This document shows, piece after piece, positions 1 to 12,356 of a DNA stretch of 64,000 bases (position 1 is the stretch's first letter; each line of letters starts with the position of its first letter). The notes under the pieces were generated by a model. The model ran no database searches. It was not told where the DNA came from and was given only the letters and a program-made list of their open reading frames with translations. The stretch is from Octopus sinensis (taxonomy: Eukaryota), in assembly GCF_006345805.1 (NCBI RefSeq), contig NC_042999.1:14880001-14944000 (forward strand), read 5' to 3'. A program made the translations under genes and the position numbers.

Positions 1-189
1 AAAAAATTTAAATTGTAGTTAAAATTTTTTAAAATATTTAAATTTATATATATAAATTTAAATATATATATTTAAAATTTATAAGTTTAAATTATTATTT
101 TAAATAATTTTTTAAATTTTAACTTTAATTAAATTTTTTAATTTTGGAATTTTATATCTTATATATCTTTTATTAATTAATTTTATTTC

Positions 190-350
190 TATGTATTGGT
201 TTATGATTTTTACTGTTTGATTTGCCTAATAGTGTTTTTATCTCTAATTTAATATAATATAATATAATATATTTATACTATAAAATTAGATTTAATCCTA
301 AATCTGATTTTTCCCTGTAAGTTTGGATTTATTCCCTAATATTTTATTAT
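190..350. repeat. AT-rich interspersed repeat, also at about 44430-44585 and inverted at about 43868-43930
   Basis: Shared TTTGATTTGCCTAATAGTG...AATCCTAAATCTGATTTTTCCCTG-AAGTTTGGATTTATTCCCTAATATTTTATT. Confidence 0.75.
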
Positions 351-1317
351 ATATATATATATATATGAATTTATTCAAATACACAGGTATACCTGTATAT
401 AAGCATGGTTATGTGGTAAGAAGTTTCCTTCCCAACCGCATGGTTTTGGGTTATATGTATATATATATATATACATATATATATATAAACACATAAATAT
501 ATATATATATATACATACATATATAAATACATATATATATATATACATACATATATACATACATATACACATACATATATATACATATATCTATTTACAT
601 ACATATATTTACATCATACATATATACATACACACACACACACACATATATACATACATCTACATATATATATATATATATATATATAGATGTATGTATA
701 TATATATAAAACTGAGAATGTGTGTGTGTCTGTCTGTCTGTACGTGTGTATCACTAAAACTCGAGAATTACCCAGCCAATTGTTTTGACGTCACGGTCAA
801 ATGAGTGTAAAACCATGCCAACACTTATAACAGATTGCATCATCAGATAAGTGTATTTTTGGAAATCGAGGAAGTAGGAAATAAGAAAATATAATGAAAA
901 TAAGCTCATTTTAATAATTGCTACGAACGTGACCCACCCAGTAGTTTCCTTTGTATAGTCACAATAGCATTAAATTCATGTTACACTACCTGACTAGTCT
1001 AACATCTATGGGAGGCAAGATAAATAGAGACATTCTCGGAATAATTGGTGAGCCATAAAAAATGACAACTATTTGAGCACTGAATAACTTTGTGTCACAG
1101 ATATTTGCCAAACCCTAAATTTAATATTTAATTAAATGTCTAATTATATATATACAAAGCACAGGTGTGGCATGTGCTAAGAAGTTTGCTTCCTAACAAC
1201 ATGGTTTCCGGTTCAGTCTCATTGAGTGGCATATTGTGTAAGTGTCTTCTACTACAGCCCCGGGTTGACCAAACACTTGTAAGTGGATTTTGTAGGCAGA
1301 AATTGAAAGAAGTTCAT

Positions 1318-1351
<34 letters not shown>

Positions 1352-1999
1352 GAAAAATACAAACTGGGACAAGAACGTAAAAACACTTAGAAGACGATAC
1401 AAAAAACACAGACGGGACATTCGAAGCCTTCAATCTTTAGTCAAGAACCGGATCATCGTAGCAATTTCGGCTGATTAATATATATATATATATATATATA
1501 CGTTTTATTATTATTGTTTTGCAATTTACTTAATCATCAGTATATTATTGTTATTTTATTTTTAATATTTCTATTATATGTAATTTTCTAGATGGTATAA
1601 TTTAATTGTTCATTTTGAATTGATAAAAGGTGTTTTTTCTAATTTATATATATATATGTATATATGAAGACCTCCACGACGGTAGAATTACGATTTCAGG
1701 AGGACGATTGGGATCACGTAGATGAGAAAGCCACGATCCAGAGAGGAGTGGACAGCGTGCTGTGACCAGCAGTGTCAAATGGACGCCCGACGGACTGGTC
1801 AGTCAAGGTGATCAAGGTGGATATATATATATATACACACATCATGCATACATATATACATATACATACATACATATAGACACACATACATACATACACA
1901 CATGCATACATACATACATACATACATACATACATACATACATGCATGCATGCATACATACATACATATACATATATATATACACCATTCGCCATGACT

Positions 2000-2250
2000 G
2001 ATCACTAGCCACTAAACAAAGTGGACAGAAAAAGCATTTCAAAGATACCCTCAAAGTTTCACTGAAGACCTTTATGATCAACCCTGATACCCGGAAAACA
2101 CAAACACAAGACCACCATGCTCGGTGAGGCAGCACTAACAGAAGCGCCACCTTCTATGAACAGAACAGGATTGCAGGAGCACAAAGAAAACATGAACTGC
2201 ACAAGTCCAGAGCCAACTTCTTGCCTTGAGTCCCAGTAGACTACCAATGC
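2000..2250 (+). mobile_element. RTE-clade LINE C-terminal fragment
   Basis: Translates to GQKKHFKDTLKVSLKTFMINPDT..., resembling the GGQxKRxKDTLK motif of RTE ORF ends. Confidence 0.6.
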
Positions 2251-3780
2251 GATCCGCTTTCCATGCTGGCATGGGTTGGATAGTTTGACTGAGGACTGGC
2301 AAGTCGGGAGGATGCTCCAGGCTCCAGTCTGATTTGGCAAGGTTTCTACAGCTGGATGCCCTTCCTAACACCAACCACTCCGAGAGTGTAGTGGGTACCT
2401 TTTACATGCCACCAGCACAGGAGCTAGTCAGATGGCACTGACATCGACCACACTCGAACGGTGCCAGTCAGGTGGCACTGGCATTGGTCATGCTTGAATA
2501 GTGCTTTTTACATGCCACCTGCATGGGTGCCAGCCAGGCAGCACTGGCATCGGCTATGCTTGAACGGTGCTTTCTACATGTCACCGGCACAGGAGCCAGT
2601 CAGGCGGCACTGACATATATAGATATATATTTACATACACACATATATACACACATAAACGCACACACACACACACGCACGCACACAAACACATGTGCGT
2701 ACTCATCTGCATGTGTGTGAATTCTGTGCTTATTTTCAGTGGTTCATTTGATAAAATGCTGACTTTCTGATGGCCTTGTTTGTTTACATTTGACGATTAA
2801 CAAATCAGTTGCCTTGCTGTGTGTTTTTGAAGTTGAACAGAAAGAAAATTCACAATATTGTAAAACATGGTTAGCAACAGGATATCGTATTGTAACAATA
2901 CCTCAATAATCCATACTAGTTTAAAACATTTGAAGATAGAATTACGGATGTGAAACAATCAATCAATCTCCCCTATCATTATCAAGTTGTCTTGTTCCTC
3001 AATGTATATATATAGATCGCCACGTTGAATCGCTAGCTTCTGCACGCATTTTTTTTCTCTCTTTGTTTCTCTCCGTGTTTCTTTTCTGTGCATCTTTCTG
3101 TTGAAGAGCGTAGGCTCGAAACATAAAAGACTTGTTTTATTTATATTCCTGAGCGCCATACTAATACAATTGTTTGTTTGTACTCCACCTGCCTTCGTCT
3201 TTTGTTTATTTTCATAAAGCTTCCTGTTATATATATAGTATCAAGGTAATTTTTGAATAAGGAAGTTTTATATTTAAATAAGAGTAAAAATTCCTATCTT
3301 TTAAATCATGGCTCTATGCACAATGAAATTAATAGCATAAAGTGCTGATTTCATCAGAATTCTAAACTTAGAGAGAACGTGACATTGTTTTTTCCCATTT
3401 GGATATTTTTACCCTAGTATTTACATATTATTTATAGCTTTAGGAAAAAGTGATGAGCTGGCATACCAGACAGAATGGTTTGTAGCATTTCTTTCAGCTT
3501 CATGTTCTGAGTTGAAATTCTGAGAGGTCAGCTTTGCTTTTCATTTTTTTTTTGGGGGGGGGGGGGGTCAATAAAATAAGAACTTTTCAAGTAATGGGGA
3601 TTGATGAAATTAACTAGCTCCTTTCCCCAGACTTTCAGGCCTCGTGCCTGCTGTAGAAAGTATTATTTATTACTTTATGTACTTCAAGATCCACTGTTCC
3701 AAAAAAAAGAATTATTAATAATTAGTTTTGTTTTGAGAGAAACCCAACTTAACAACAATAATAGCTCCTGATCCAGACTC

Positions 3781-4190
3781 TCTTTTACTTGTTTCAGCCA
3801 TTTGACTGCAGCCATGCTGGAGCACCGCCTTTTTTAGTCGAGTAAATCGACCCCAGGACTTATTCTTTGTAAGCCTAGTACTTATTCTATCGGTCTTTTT
3901 TGCTGAACCACTATGTTACAGGAACGAAAACACACCACCATCGGTTGTCAAGTGATGTTGGGCGGACAAACACATACACACAAATATATACACACACACA
4001 TACATACATATATATATATAGATATATATGATGGGATTCTTTCAGTTTCCATCTACCAAATCCACTCACAAGGATTTGGTCGGCCCGAGGCTATAGTAGA
4101 GGACACTTGCCAAAGGTGTCACGCAGTGGGACTGAACCCAGAACCATGTGGTTGGTAAGCAAGCTACTTACCACACAGCCACTCCTGTGC
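3781..4190 (-). mobile_element. tRNA-derived SINE family A (CORE-like CCTTGGGCAAGT motif, internal TA/TG microsatellite)
   Basis: Matches the ~400-bp consensus AGGAGTGGCTGTGTGGTAAG...GACTGAAACAAGTAAAAGAG repeated throughout the window. Confidence 0.85.
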
Positions 4191-5396
4191 TTATGCGACT
4201 ATTAAGATTCTGTAAAAACAACGGGAAGAGTACAGTGAAATTGTGGTGAGAAGTGGAATATCCATCATTCTGGATAGAATCCTTCTTAGGGGTAAAATTT
4301 ATAGGACATTTTCAGCCATGTTTTCCAAATAATACAAGTCTTGCCAGTGATGACCACCAAAAATCTCCTTGGATTCTGTTTTGTTTTTGAGTTTTCTAAA
4401 ACTTTCTATTCAGGCTTAACATATTTGTCATATCCTATTTGGATTAGATAATTACAGACGATAATGTTAACCCTTTTAGATTTCAAACTGGCTGTATCCA
4501 ACCCAAATAATCTGTTTGTTTTATGGTCAAACCAGCCAGATCCAACCTCTTGCACACACCCTAATATGTCATTCTGAAATCATGAAGCTACAAGATAATA
4601 CATGATTAATTCAAAACGATGAATGAATAAGCATTAAATTTGACAGAATACTCTGAATGCTAAAGGGTTAATTTGATAGGGAAAAATCTGTCATCATTAA
4701 GACAGGAAAACAATGACTGAGAAGAAAAAAAACTCACTGATGTTGCAAATAGCCATCCAGCTGAATAAAAATTCATTATGTGCAACAGAAGCAGTAATGG
4801 TGGATTTTGTTTTTGCATGCAGTTACAAGTGTGTACATGCTACTGACAAAGTTAAAAAATGCAGAAATGCATACCTAGCATTCTTGCCAACACTGCTAAT
4901 GGATAATTTTCATCTCTTACTCATAGATTTTTGTGTTAGTTAACACAGTATGTCCATAAGAGATATTATCTCTGGATGAATACTGCAGTTAATTTGGATT
5001 TCCATAATGTGTTTGTATTAAGTATGATTCATAGATTGCTATTTTAATCTGATACTACTTTGGGTGCAAATAATGGGTTATATATCGTCGCTGGTGCCAC
5101 ATAAAACACACTGGTGATGGTGCCACATAAAAAGCACCCAGTACACTCTGGAAAGTGGTTGACATTAGGAAGAGCATCCAGCTGTGGAAACAAAACCAAT
5201 AACAGACTATATAACCCAGTGTGGTCCCTAACCTTGTCAGCTCCTGCCAAACCATTCAACCCATGCCAGCTTGGGTTGAATGGTTTGATATGAACTGGCA
5301 AGCCAGAGAGTTGCACCAGGCTTAAATTGTCTGTTTTTGGCATGGTTCCTATGGCTGGATGCTCTTCCTAATCCCAATCACTTTACAGAGTGTACT

Positions 5397-5852
5397 GGGT
5401 GCTTTTTACATGGCACTAGGATGGGTGCTTTTTACATAGTGCTAGGATGGGTCCTTTTTACATAGTGCAAGGATGGGTCCTTTTTACATGGCGCTAGGAT
5501 GGGTGCTTTTTACATGGCGCTAGGATGGGTGCTTTTTACATAGTGCTAGGATGGGTCCTTTTTACATGGCGCTAGGATGGGTGCTTTTTACATAGAGCTA
5601 GGATGGGTCCTTTTTACATAGTGCTAGGATGGGTCCTTTTTACATAGTGCTAGGATGGGTCCTTTTTACATAGTGCTAGGATGGGTGCTTTTTACATAGT
5701 GCTAGGATGGGTGCTTTTTACATAGTGCTAGGATGGGTCCTTTTTACATAGTGCTAGGATGGGTGCTTTTTACATAGTGCTAGGATGGGTGCTTTTTACA
5801 TAGTGCTAGGATGGGTCCTTTTTACATAGTGCTAGGATGGGGGCTTTTTACA
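5397..5852. repeat. 26-bp minisatellite, about 17 copies
   Basis: Unit GGGT(G/C)CTTTTTACAT(A/G)G(T/C)GCTAGGAT read directly. Confidence 0.95.
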
Positions 5853-5943
5853 TAATGTTTTCAGACATATAACAAAAAACAGCATTTGGGAGAGATACAA
5901 GACAGAAAAAAATCTCAATAATAAAAGATGAAATTATTCTTAC

Positions 5944-6034
5944 CAAATATTCTTCAGTTCCAACAATAGAGTACAATTCAGTGTCTTCGTCCATTATTTT
6001 AGCAGTACCAAAATCTGAAAGCTTATATATTTCC
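5944..6034 (-). CDS. TBK1/IKK-epsilon-like kinase, coding exon 5 (EIYKLSDFGTAKIMDEDTELYSIVGTEEYL)
   Basis: YKLxDFG and the GTEEYL motif diagnostic of TBK1/IKKe; acceptor ttttatag, donor TTG|gtaag; 91 nt, phase 2/0. I could not find the next exon in 1-5943. Confidence 0.95.
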
Positions 6035-6360
6035 CTATAAAATAAAAAAGATGATACATAAATAATGTGGTTTATATCAAATTTAGAAGAGTTAAGATGA
6101 ATAAATAAATAAAATATAGGTTCAGGCATGGCTGGCTGTGTGGTTAAGAAATTAGCTTTGCAACTGTAAGGTTTTAGGTTCTATCCCATTGTATAGCGCC
6201 TTAGGCAAGTTTCTTCCATTATAGCTTGGGCCAAGCACTGCTTTGTGAATGAATTTGATAGATGGAAACTATGTGGAAGCTTGTCTTGTGTGTGTGTGTT
6301 TGTCTGAGTTTGTTTGACTAAAACACTTCAAGACATTTGTCCCAGCATGGCCGCAGTCCG

Positions 6361-6712
6361 ATCATCATCATCATCATCATCGTTTAGCGTCCGCTTTCCA
6401 TGCTAGCATGGGTTGGACGGTTCAACTGAGGTCTGGGAAGCCAGAAGGCTGCATCAGGCCCAGTCTGATCTGGCAGTGTTTCTACAGCTGGATGCCCTTC
6501 CTAACGCCAACCACTCCATGAGTGTAGTGGGTGCTTTTTACGTGCCACCTGCACAGGTGCCAGACGGAGCTGGCAAACGGCCACGGACGGATGGTGCTTT
6601 TTACGTACCACCAGTACAGGGGCCAGGCGAGGCTGGCAACGGCCACGAACGGATGGTGCTTTTTACGTGCCACCGGCACGAGGCCAGTCGGGGCGGCGCT
6701 GGCAACGGCGAA
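6361..6712 (-). mobile_element. RTE 3' UTR-only copy
   Basis: (CAT)n-CGTTTAGCGTCCGCTTTCCATGCTAGCATGGG... matches the end of the LINE at 54112. Confidence 0.85.
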
Positions 6713-7409
6713 ACAAATACGTGGTAAAAGATAAAAGACAGATGAGGAATTCACATTTTCTGTGTCTTCTTCTTTCGGTTATTTTTCATGAATTTACTTC
6801 ATATTACAAGGAATAGTTACTAATCTGTAAAATGCTTCTCAGTTTTAAGAAGATGTCTGCAGTAGATGCATCAATGTCATCTTGGGAAATGAGAAAGACA
6901 GCATCTTTCATAGTTAGGGTTCATTTGGAGACAGAAAGACTTCAAGTTAATTAAATGCTCATATTTTACTTGTTTCAGTCATTGAACCATGGCCATGCTG
7001 GGGCATTACCTTGAAGGGTTTAGTCAAACTGATCAAACCCCATACTGTGTTTTCCGGTATAAAAGTCAATGTAGCACATAGTGTAAACATGTAGCGTAAA
7101 CATTCAAACATTGTCGCTATCTTTCCAAATGCTACTGCATTTCACATGGAATTTTGGGCCCTTTAAAGTTGTCTTGGTGTATAAGATGACTTACTGTTTT
7201 ACACTGTGAATTTTGGTTTGAAAAATTTAATGTGTATGTCAGAAAATGTGGTTCTTATTTTCTAAGTCTGGTACTTATTATGTCAGTTTCTTTTGGCAGA
7301 TCAAGTTGCTTGGACATAAAGAAACCAGCACAAGTTGTCAAGAAATTGGGGACACACAGACACACTGATTTGTGTGTGTGAGTATATATATATATATATA
7401 TATATATAT

Positions 7410-7677
7410 GACTGGCGTCCGTGTTGGTGAAATGTAAAAGCACCAACCAATCGTGGCTGTTTGTCAGCCTCCTCTGGCCCCTGTGCCGGTGGCACGTAAA
7501 AAGCACCCACTACACTCACGGAGTAGTTGGCGTTAGGAAGGGCATCCAGCTGTAGAAACACTGCCAGATCAGACTGGAGCCTGGTGCAGCCTCCTGGCTT
7601 TCCAGACCCCGGTCGAACTGTCCAACCCATGCTAGCATGGAAAATGAACGTTAAACGATGATGATGATGATGATGAT
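7410..7677 (+). mobile_element. RTE 3' UTR-only copy inserted in the (TA)n of a SINE A
   Basis: Ends GTTAAACGATGATG; (TA)n on both sides; SINE A sequence on both sides. Confidence 0.85.
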
Positions 7678-8211
7678 ATATATATATATATACATATATG
7701 ATGGACTCTCTCATTGTTAGACGATGTATAAGGGTTTGACAATTTCTTACCGAACAACCACACAGATGATTTGTTTATAGTGATCAAATGTTTGTGTAGA
7801 CATAAGCTCACTCCCTCTATCAGATTGACATTACCTGTACAGGTGAAACTGGATGCCACATGTTACATATCGAAATGATTGCAGAGCAACATGAAATGAA
7901 GTGCTTTGTTCAAGAACATAATGTAACACCCAGTCTGGGAATCAAACCCATGATTCACAATCGTGAGTGCAACACCTTAACGATATATATAATCATTATC
8001 ATCATCATCATCATCATTATTTAGGATCTGTTTTCCATGCTAGCATGGGTTAGATGGCTTACCTTTGGTTAAAGGTCTATGGTGACTAAACAATTAACAA
8101 TGACAATAACAACCACATCGACAACCAGAACCACAAACTCAACAACAATATCAATAACATGATCATCAACAACACCAACAATAACATCAACATCAACTTA
8201 TAACATGAATA

Positions 8212-8442
8212 TATTTCTTTACGACACACAAGGAGCTAAACATAGAGGGGACAAACAAGGACAGACAAACGGATTAAGTCGATTACATCGACCGCAGTGC
8301 GTAACTGGTACTTAATTTATTGACCCCGAAAGGATGAAAGGCAAAGTCGACCTCGGCAGAATTTGAACCCAGAACGTAGCGGCAGATGAAATACGGCTAC
8401 GCATTTCGCCCGGTGCGCTAACGATTCTGCCAGCTCGCCGCC
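8212..8442 (-). mobile_element. SINE family B, single copy
   Basis: Reverse complement of GGCGGCGAGCTGGCAGAATCGTTAGC...GTAAAGAAAT. Confidence 0.85.
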
Positions 8443-9099
8443 TTATAACTTATAACATGAATAACAATGTCAACAGCACCACCACCAACAACAAGAATAA
8501 CAACCACAGACAGAACATGCATAAACAGGATTATGCAAATGAATTTAGTATTAATTCAGAGGTTTAAAAAACTCAATTATATTTGCATGTGTGTAATTCT
8601 CTTTGTGTAAGTATATAGGGGGCACTATGATGTGTGTATATGTAAGTACATGAAAAAGTGTAGTGTCAGACAACATGTACCTTTTATGTATGAGAATTAA
8701 AAATTTAATGTAACACACACAAAAACTTTTGTTTCCAAAAAGGAACAAAAAAAAAAAACAGGTCAGATTGCATTTATATTCATTCCTTTTCTTCTGAGAA
8801 TTAACAGGAAATCTGCCGTAATATACTGAATTGTTTTGTTGTCGTTCAGATACATAACAATGAAAGTAAGAAAACTTTATAATGTGCAATGAAAGAGAAT
8901 CAGTTATAAATTCAAAATTAAGATGAATGTCTCACCAAAATACCGGCAGTGATGAGAACAAAATCAGCTGAAACACAGAACCTACCAGTTTTTCTGCCTA
9001 CCTTTAGAATAGACTCTCATGCACAGAACAATAAATTCAGAATTTCAAATAAATGAGATGATAAAACACACACACACACACAAACATAATCATCTCATT

Positions 9100-9410
9100 T
9101 TATATTCTACAATAGGTAATAAAATTTGATGCAGTTTTGTTTTAAAAATAAAAATAATAATGAAATTATTGTATACAGTGCTCAGGTGCACCACAACTTG
9201 TCAGAAAGTGCATATAAAGTACATGCAGTAATGTAGAAATGTCTGGAAAGTGAACATGCTTGTATGTGTATGGAGGGGAGAAAATCAAGTGTAGTGTTGG
9301 CGAATCTCAGGAAGCATGGAAGTCTTGAAGGATGCAGTGCTCCGACAACTAACAACCGATGCCGGCAGTTTGTTCCACGCTTCAGCAACTCTCAGCGTGA
9401 AAAAATGTTG
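9100..9410 (-). mobile_element. CR1/L2-clade LINE 3' end
   Basis: Reverse complement matches 28950-29220 (FFTLRVAEAWNKLPASVVSCRSTASFK; GTTGTGGTGCACC...CACTGTATACAATAATTTCATTATT). Confidence 0.85.
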
Positions 9411-10649
9411 AAAACAATCCAAGACGGGCCTTGATCTCACCTTTTAGGCTACTTTGGGAAACTATTCATCTAAATTTTTTTATCAAGTGAAGTCAGAATC
9501 GAAATTGAACCAATCCTATGACTGGCACCCGGCAGTTGCCAGTGCCGCTGGACTGACTCTTGTACAGGTGGCAAGTAAAGAAACACCGTTTCGACCCTGT
9601 GCTTGAGGAGACCTATTGAGTCAAGTGCACAAACATCAAAAATCAATGGAAATTGTAGTTGTGATCCCTGTGCCGGTGACAGGTAAAAAGCACCATCCAA
9701 ACGTGGTTGATGCCAGTGCCACCTTGATTGGCTTCCGTGCCGGTGGCATGTAAAAAGCACCATCCGAACGTGGCCGATGCCAGCACCGCCTTGACTGGCT
9801 TTGCCTTTCATCTTTCAGGGTCAATAAATTAAGTACCAGTTGCATACTGGGGTCAGTCTAATCGACTGGCCTCCCTCCCCAAAAACTTCAGGCCTTGTGC
9901 CTATAGTAGAAAAGATTATTTACCTCTTCACAGCTACAACTGATTTCTTTTTCACTCTCTTCTAAATGAGAGTAGCCATGCAGCTCCCTTACAACAAGAG
10001 CCTGCCCTGCCCTATCCCTATCTCTGAGCCGTAAACCCACATCTGCTAGCACAAAGTCCCTCCCCTTGGGCTTCATAGGCTTACAAACTGCATGGCAACC
10101 TCCCTAGTGCTGGTAGCACAACAAAAGCACCCAGTACACACTGTAAAGTGGTTGACTTGAGAAAACCATAACAGTTTCACATGAGTGGTCTATTAAGCAA
10201 CCAATCGGCATTAAACTATCATGTGATGCAATCTTCCAAAATCTTTTTCTTGTGCCCTAAAAAAAGGCTGCTTTTAGTCGTAATTTCAGAATGTTGAGGC
10301 AGCCATGCAATGTATCACAGTCATGCATGTGTCACAGTCAGACAACCCAGGAGGACTATTAAGACTGATAGCAGATAGATGACAGAAATCTCCATTGACA
10401 TGGATATAGCACAATTGCTTCCAGTTATGTAGAGCCAGTCACACTTTGCTGTGTCAGTAAGCTTGCCATACACTCAAAGCAGTATATTGTATATCTCTCC
10501 CAGTATGTAACCATTACTGTTGTTATTTGTAAAAGACCAACACAGTTTGACTATGTGCAATAATAACAATTTTCAGTTAAATGTTCACAGGTGTTGTCAG
10601 TTCTTCACGTAGTCCAGAAGATACATAATCATTCATCACCACAGATCAA

Positions 10650-10900
10650 TCATCATCATTCACCATTGTTCGACCGTGGTCGAGACAATGGAATTTACCA
10701 TGCTACGCCAGACTTCATGGTCCATCATGGCATTACGGAGGTCCTGTTGCTGGATGCCTGTATCCCTGGAGATTACATCAGGGTAGGAGAGTGTGCACCC
10801 TCTGGTATTGCGAGTAGATGGCTTCCAGAGGAGAAGAGTAGAAATTACCTCTTTTTCAGCTCTACAACAATGTCCAGCAATGTCCAGACCAATTATCACC
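10650..10900 (-). mobile_element. 3' end of the same RTE-clade family as 39170-39780
   Basis: Near-identical peptide AGHCCRAEKEVISTLLLWKPS...AMMDHEVWRSMVNSIVSTTVEQ. Confidence 0.85.
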
Positions 10901-11325
10901 TTAGATCATCCAACGAACACACACACACACAACACTGTCAAACCATTCAAGCCATACTAGCTTAGAACAAGGATGTTAAATGATGATAAGGGCATCCAAC
11001 TGTAGAAACCATGCCAAAATCAGACTAGAACCTGGTGCAGTTCTCCGGTTCATCAGCTCCAGTTAAACTGTCTAACTCATGCCAGCACAGAGAGAGGACA
11101 TTAAATGATGATGATGATATACATATATACCTTCGAAACACGGAGTAGTCGAAACAGGCAGCTGAAGAAGGGGAATATTCTTTGTGTTGTATGTCTTGTT
11201 TGAAGAGGTCCGTTTTCCTATTTTTGTTTTTATGTTTTCATTTTTCATTGTGTTCTATGTTTTTTTGAGTCCTGTACCCATATATGCATGTATATATATA
11301 CATATTGATGTAGGTATGTACAATA

Positions 11326-11730
11326 GGCACAGGAGTGGCTGTGTGGTAAGTAGCTTGCTAACCAGCCACATGGTTCCAGGTTCAGTCCCACTGCATGGCA
11401 TCTTGGGCAAGTGTCTCTTGCTATAGCCCCGGGCCGACCAATGCCTTGTGAGTGGATTTGGTAGACGGAAACTGAAAGAAGCCTGTCGTATATGTATATA
11501 TATATATATATGTATGTGTGTGTATGTGTTTGTGTGTCTGTGTTTGTCTCCCCAACATCGCTTGACAACTGATGCTGGTGTGTTTACGTCCCCGTCACTT
11601 AGCAGTTCGGCAAAAGAGACCAATAGAATAAGTACTGGGCTTACAAAGAATAAGTCCCGGGGTCGATTTGCTCGACTAAAGGCAGTGCTCCAGCATGGCC
11701 GCAGTCAAATGATTGAAACAAGTAAAAGAG
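11326..11730 (+). mobile_element. SINE family A, full length
   Basis: A-box TGGCTGTGTGG, B-box-like GGTTCAGTCCC, tail AGTAAAAGAG. Confidence 0.9.
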
Positions 11731-11911
11731 TATATATGTATGTATATATGCATATGTTTTATTTATTAATTTGTTAACATATATATAAATACACATACAC
11801 ACACAAAACAAAATGTGCACAGAAACACACTCATATAACAAATAAATTGAATGGGAAAAAAGGTAATACTCAAAAGAAGTTTGAATCTTTATGTAAGAAA
11901 ATAATAGTTAC

Positions 11912-12002
11912 CTTCCATTGACATCGATCGTCCGTAAAATGTTGCTTGGTTTAATATCACGATGGACAATTTTGAATTGGCGGAGAATTTTCAATCCAGA
12001 AT
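11912..12002 (-). CDS. TBK1/IKK-epsilon-like kinase, coding exon 4 (SGLKILRQFKIVHRDIKPSNILRTIDVNG)
   Basis: Catalytic loop HRDIKPSN; acceptor ttctgcag, donor AG|gtaac; 91 nt, phase 1/2, in frame with both neighbours. Confidence 0.95.
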
Positions 12003-12356
12003 CTGCAGAAATGTGAAGAATTATGAATAAAAAATTGCTTTATACACATCTAATTACACTCACAACACATGCTCAACTAGGTGTGTGTGCGTGTGTGTGC
12101 AAGCATAGCTGTATGGTTAAGAAGTTCACTATCCCAATCATCAGGTAGTGGGTTCAGTTCAACTGTGTGGTACCTAGGGCATGAGTCTTCTATTGCAATG
12201 CCGGGCCAATCAAAGCTTTGTAAGAGAATTTGGTAGCTGGAAACTGAAAGCCCATCTCACCCCCACACACACACACACACATATATATTCACACATATAT
12301 TTATGCATACATATTTGTCTGTCATCATTGTCATCATGAAACACATACACATATAT

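Noticed and set aside
1-180. Extremely AT-rich start resembling a mitochondrial control region or replication origin
   Set aside because: It runs into an AT-rich interspersed repeat also found near 44.4 kb, with no mitochondrial gene similarity.
4900-4990. Possible next kinase exon (HPEII... on minus after a CAG)
   Set aside because: Wrong phase relative to the AG, stop codon within a few codons, and no DLWS motif.
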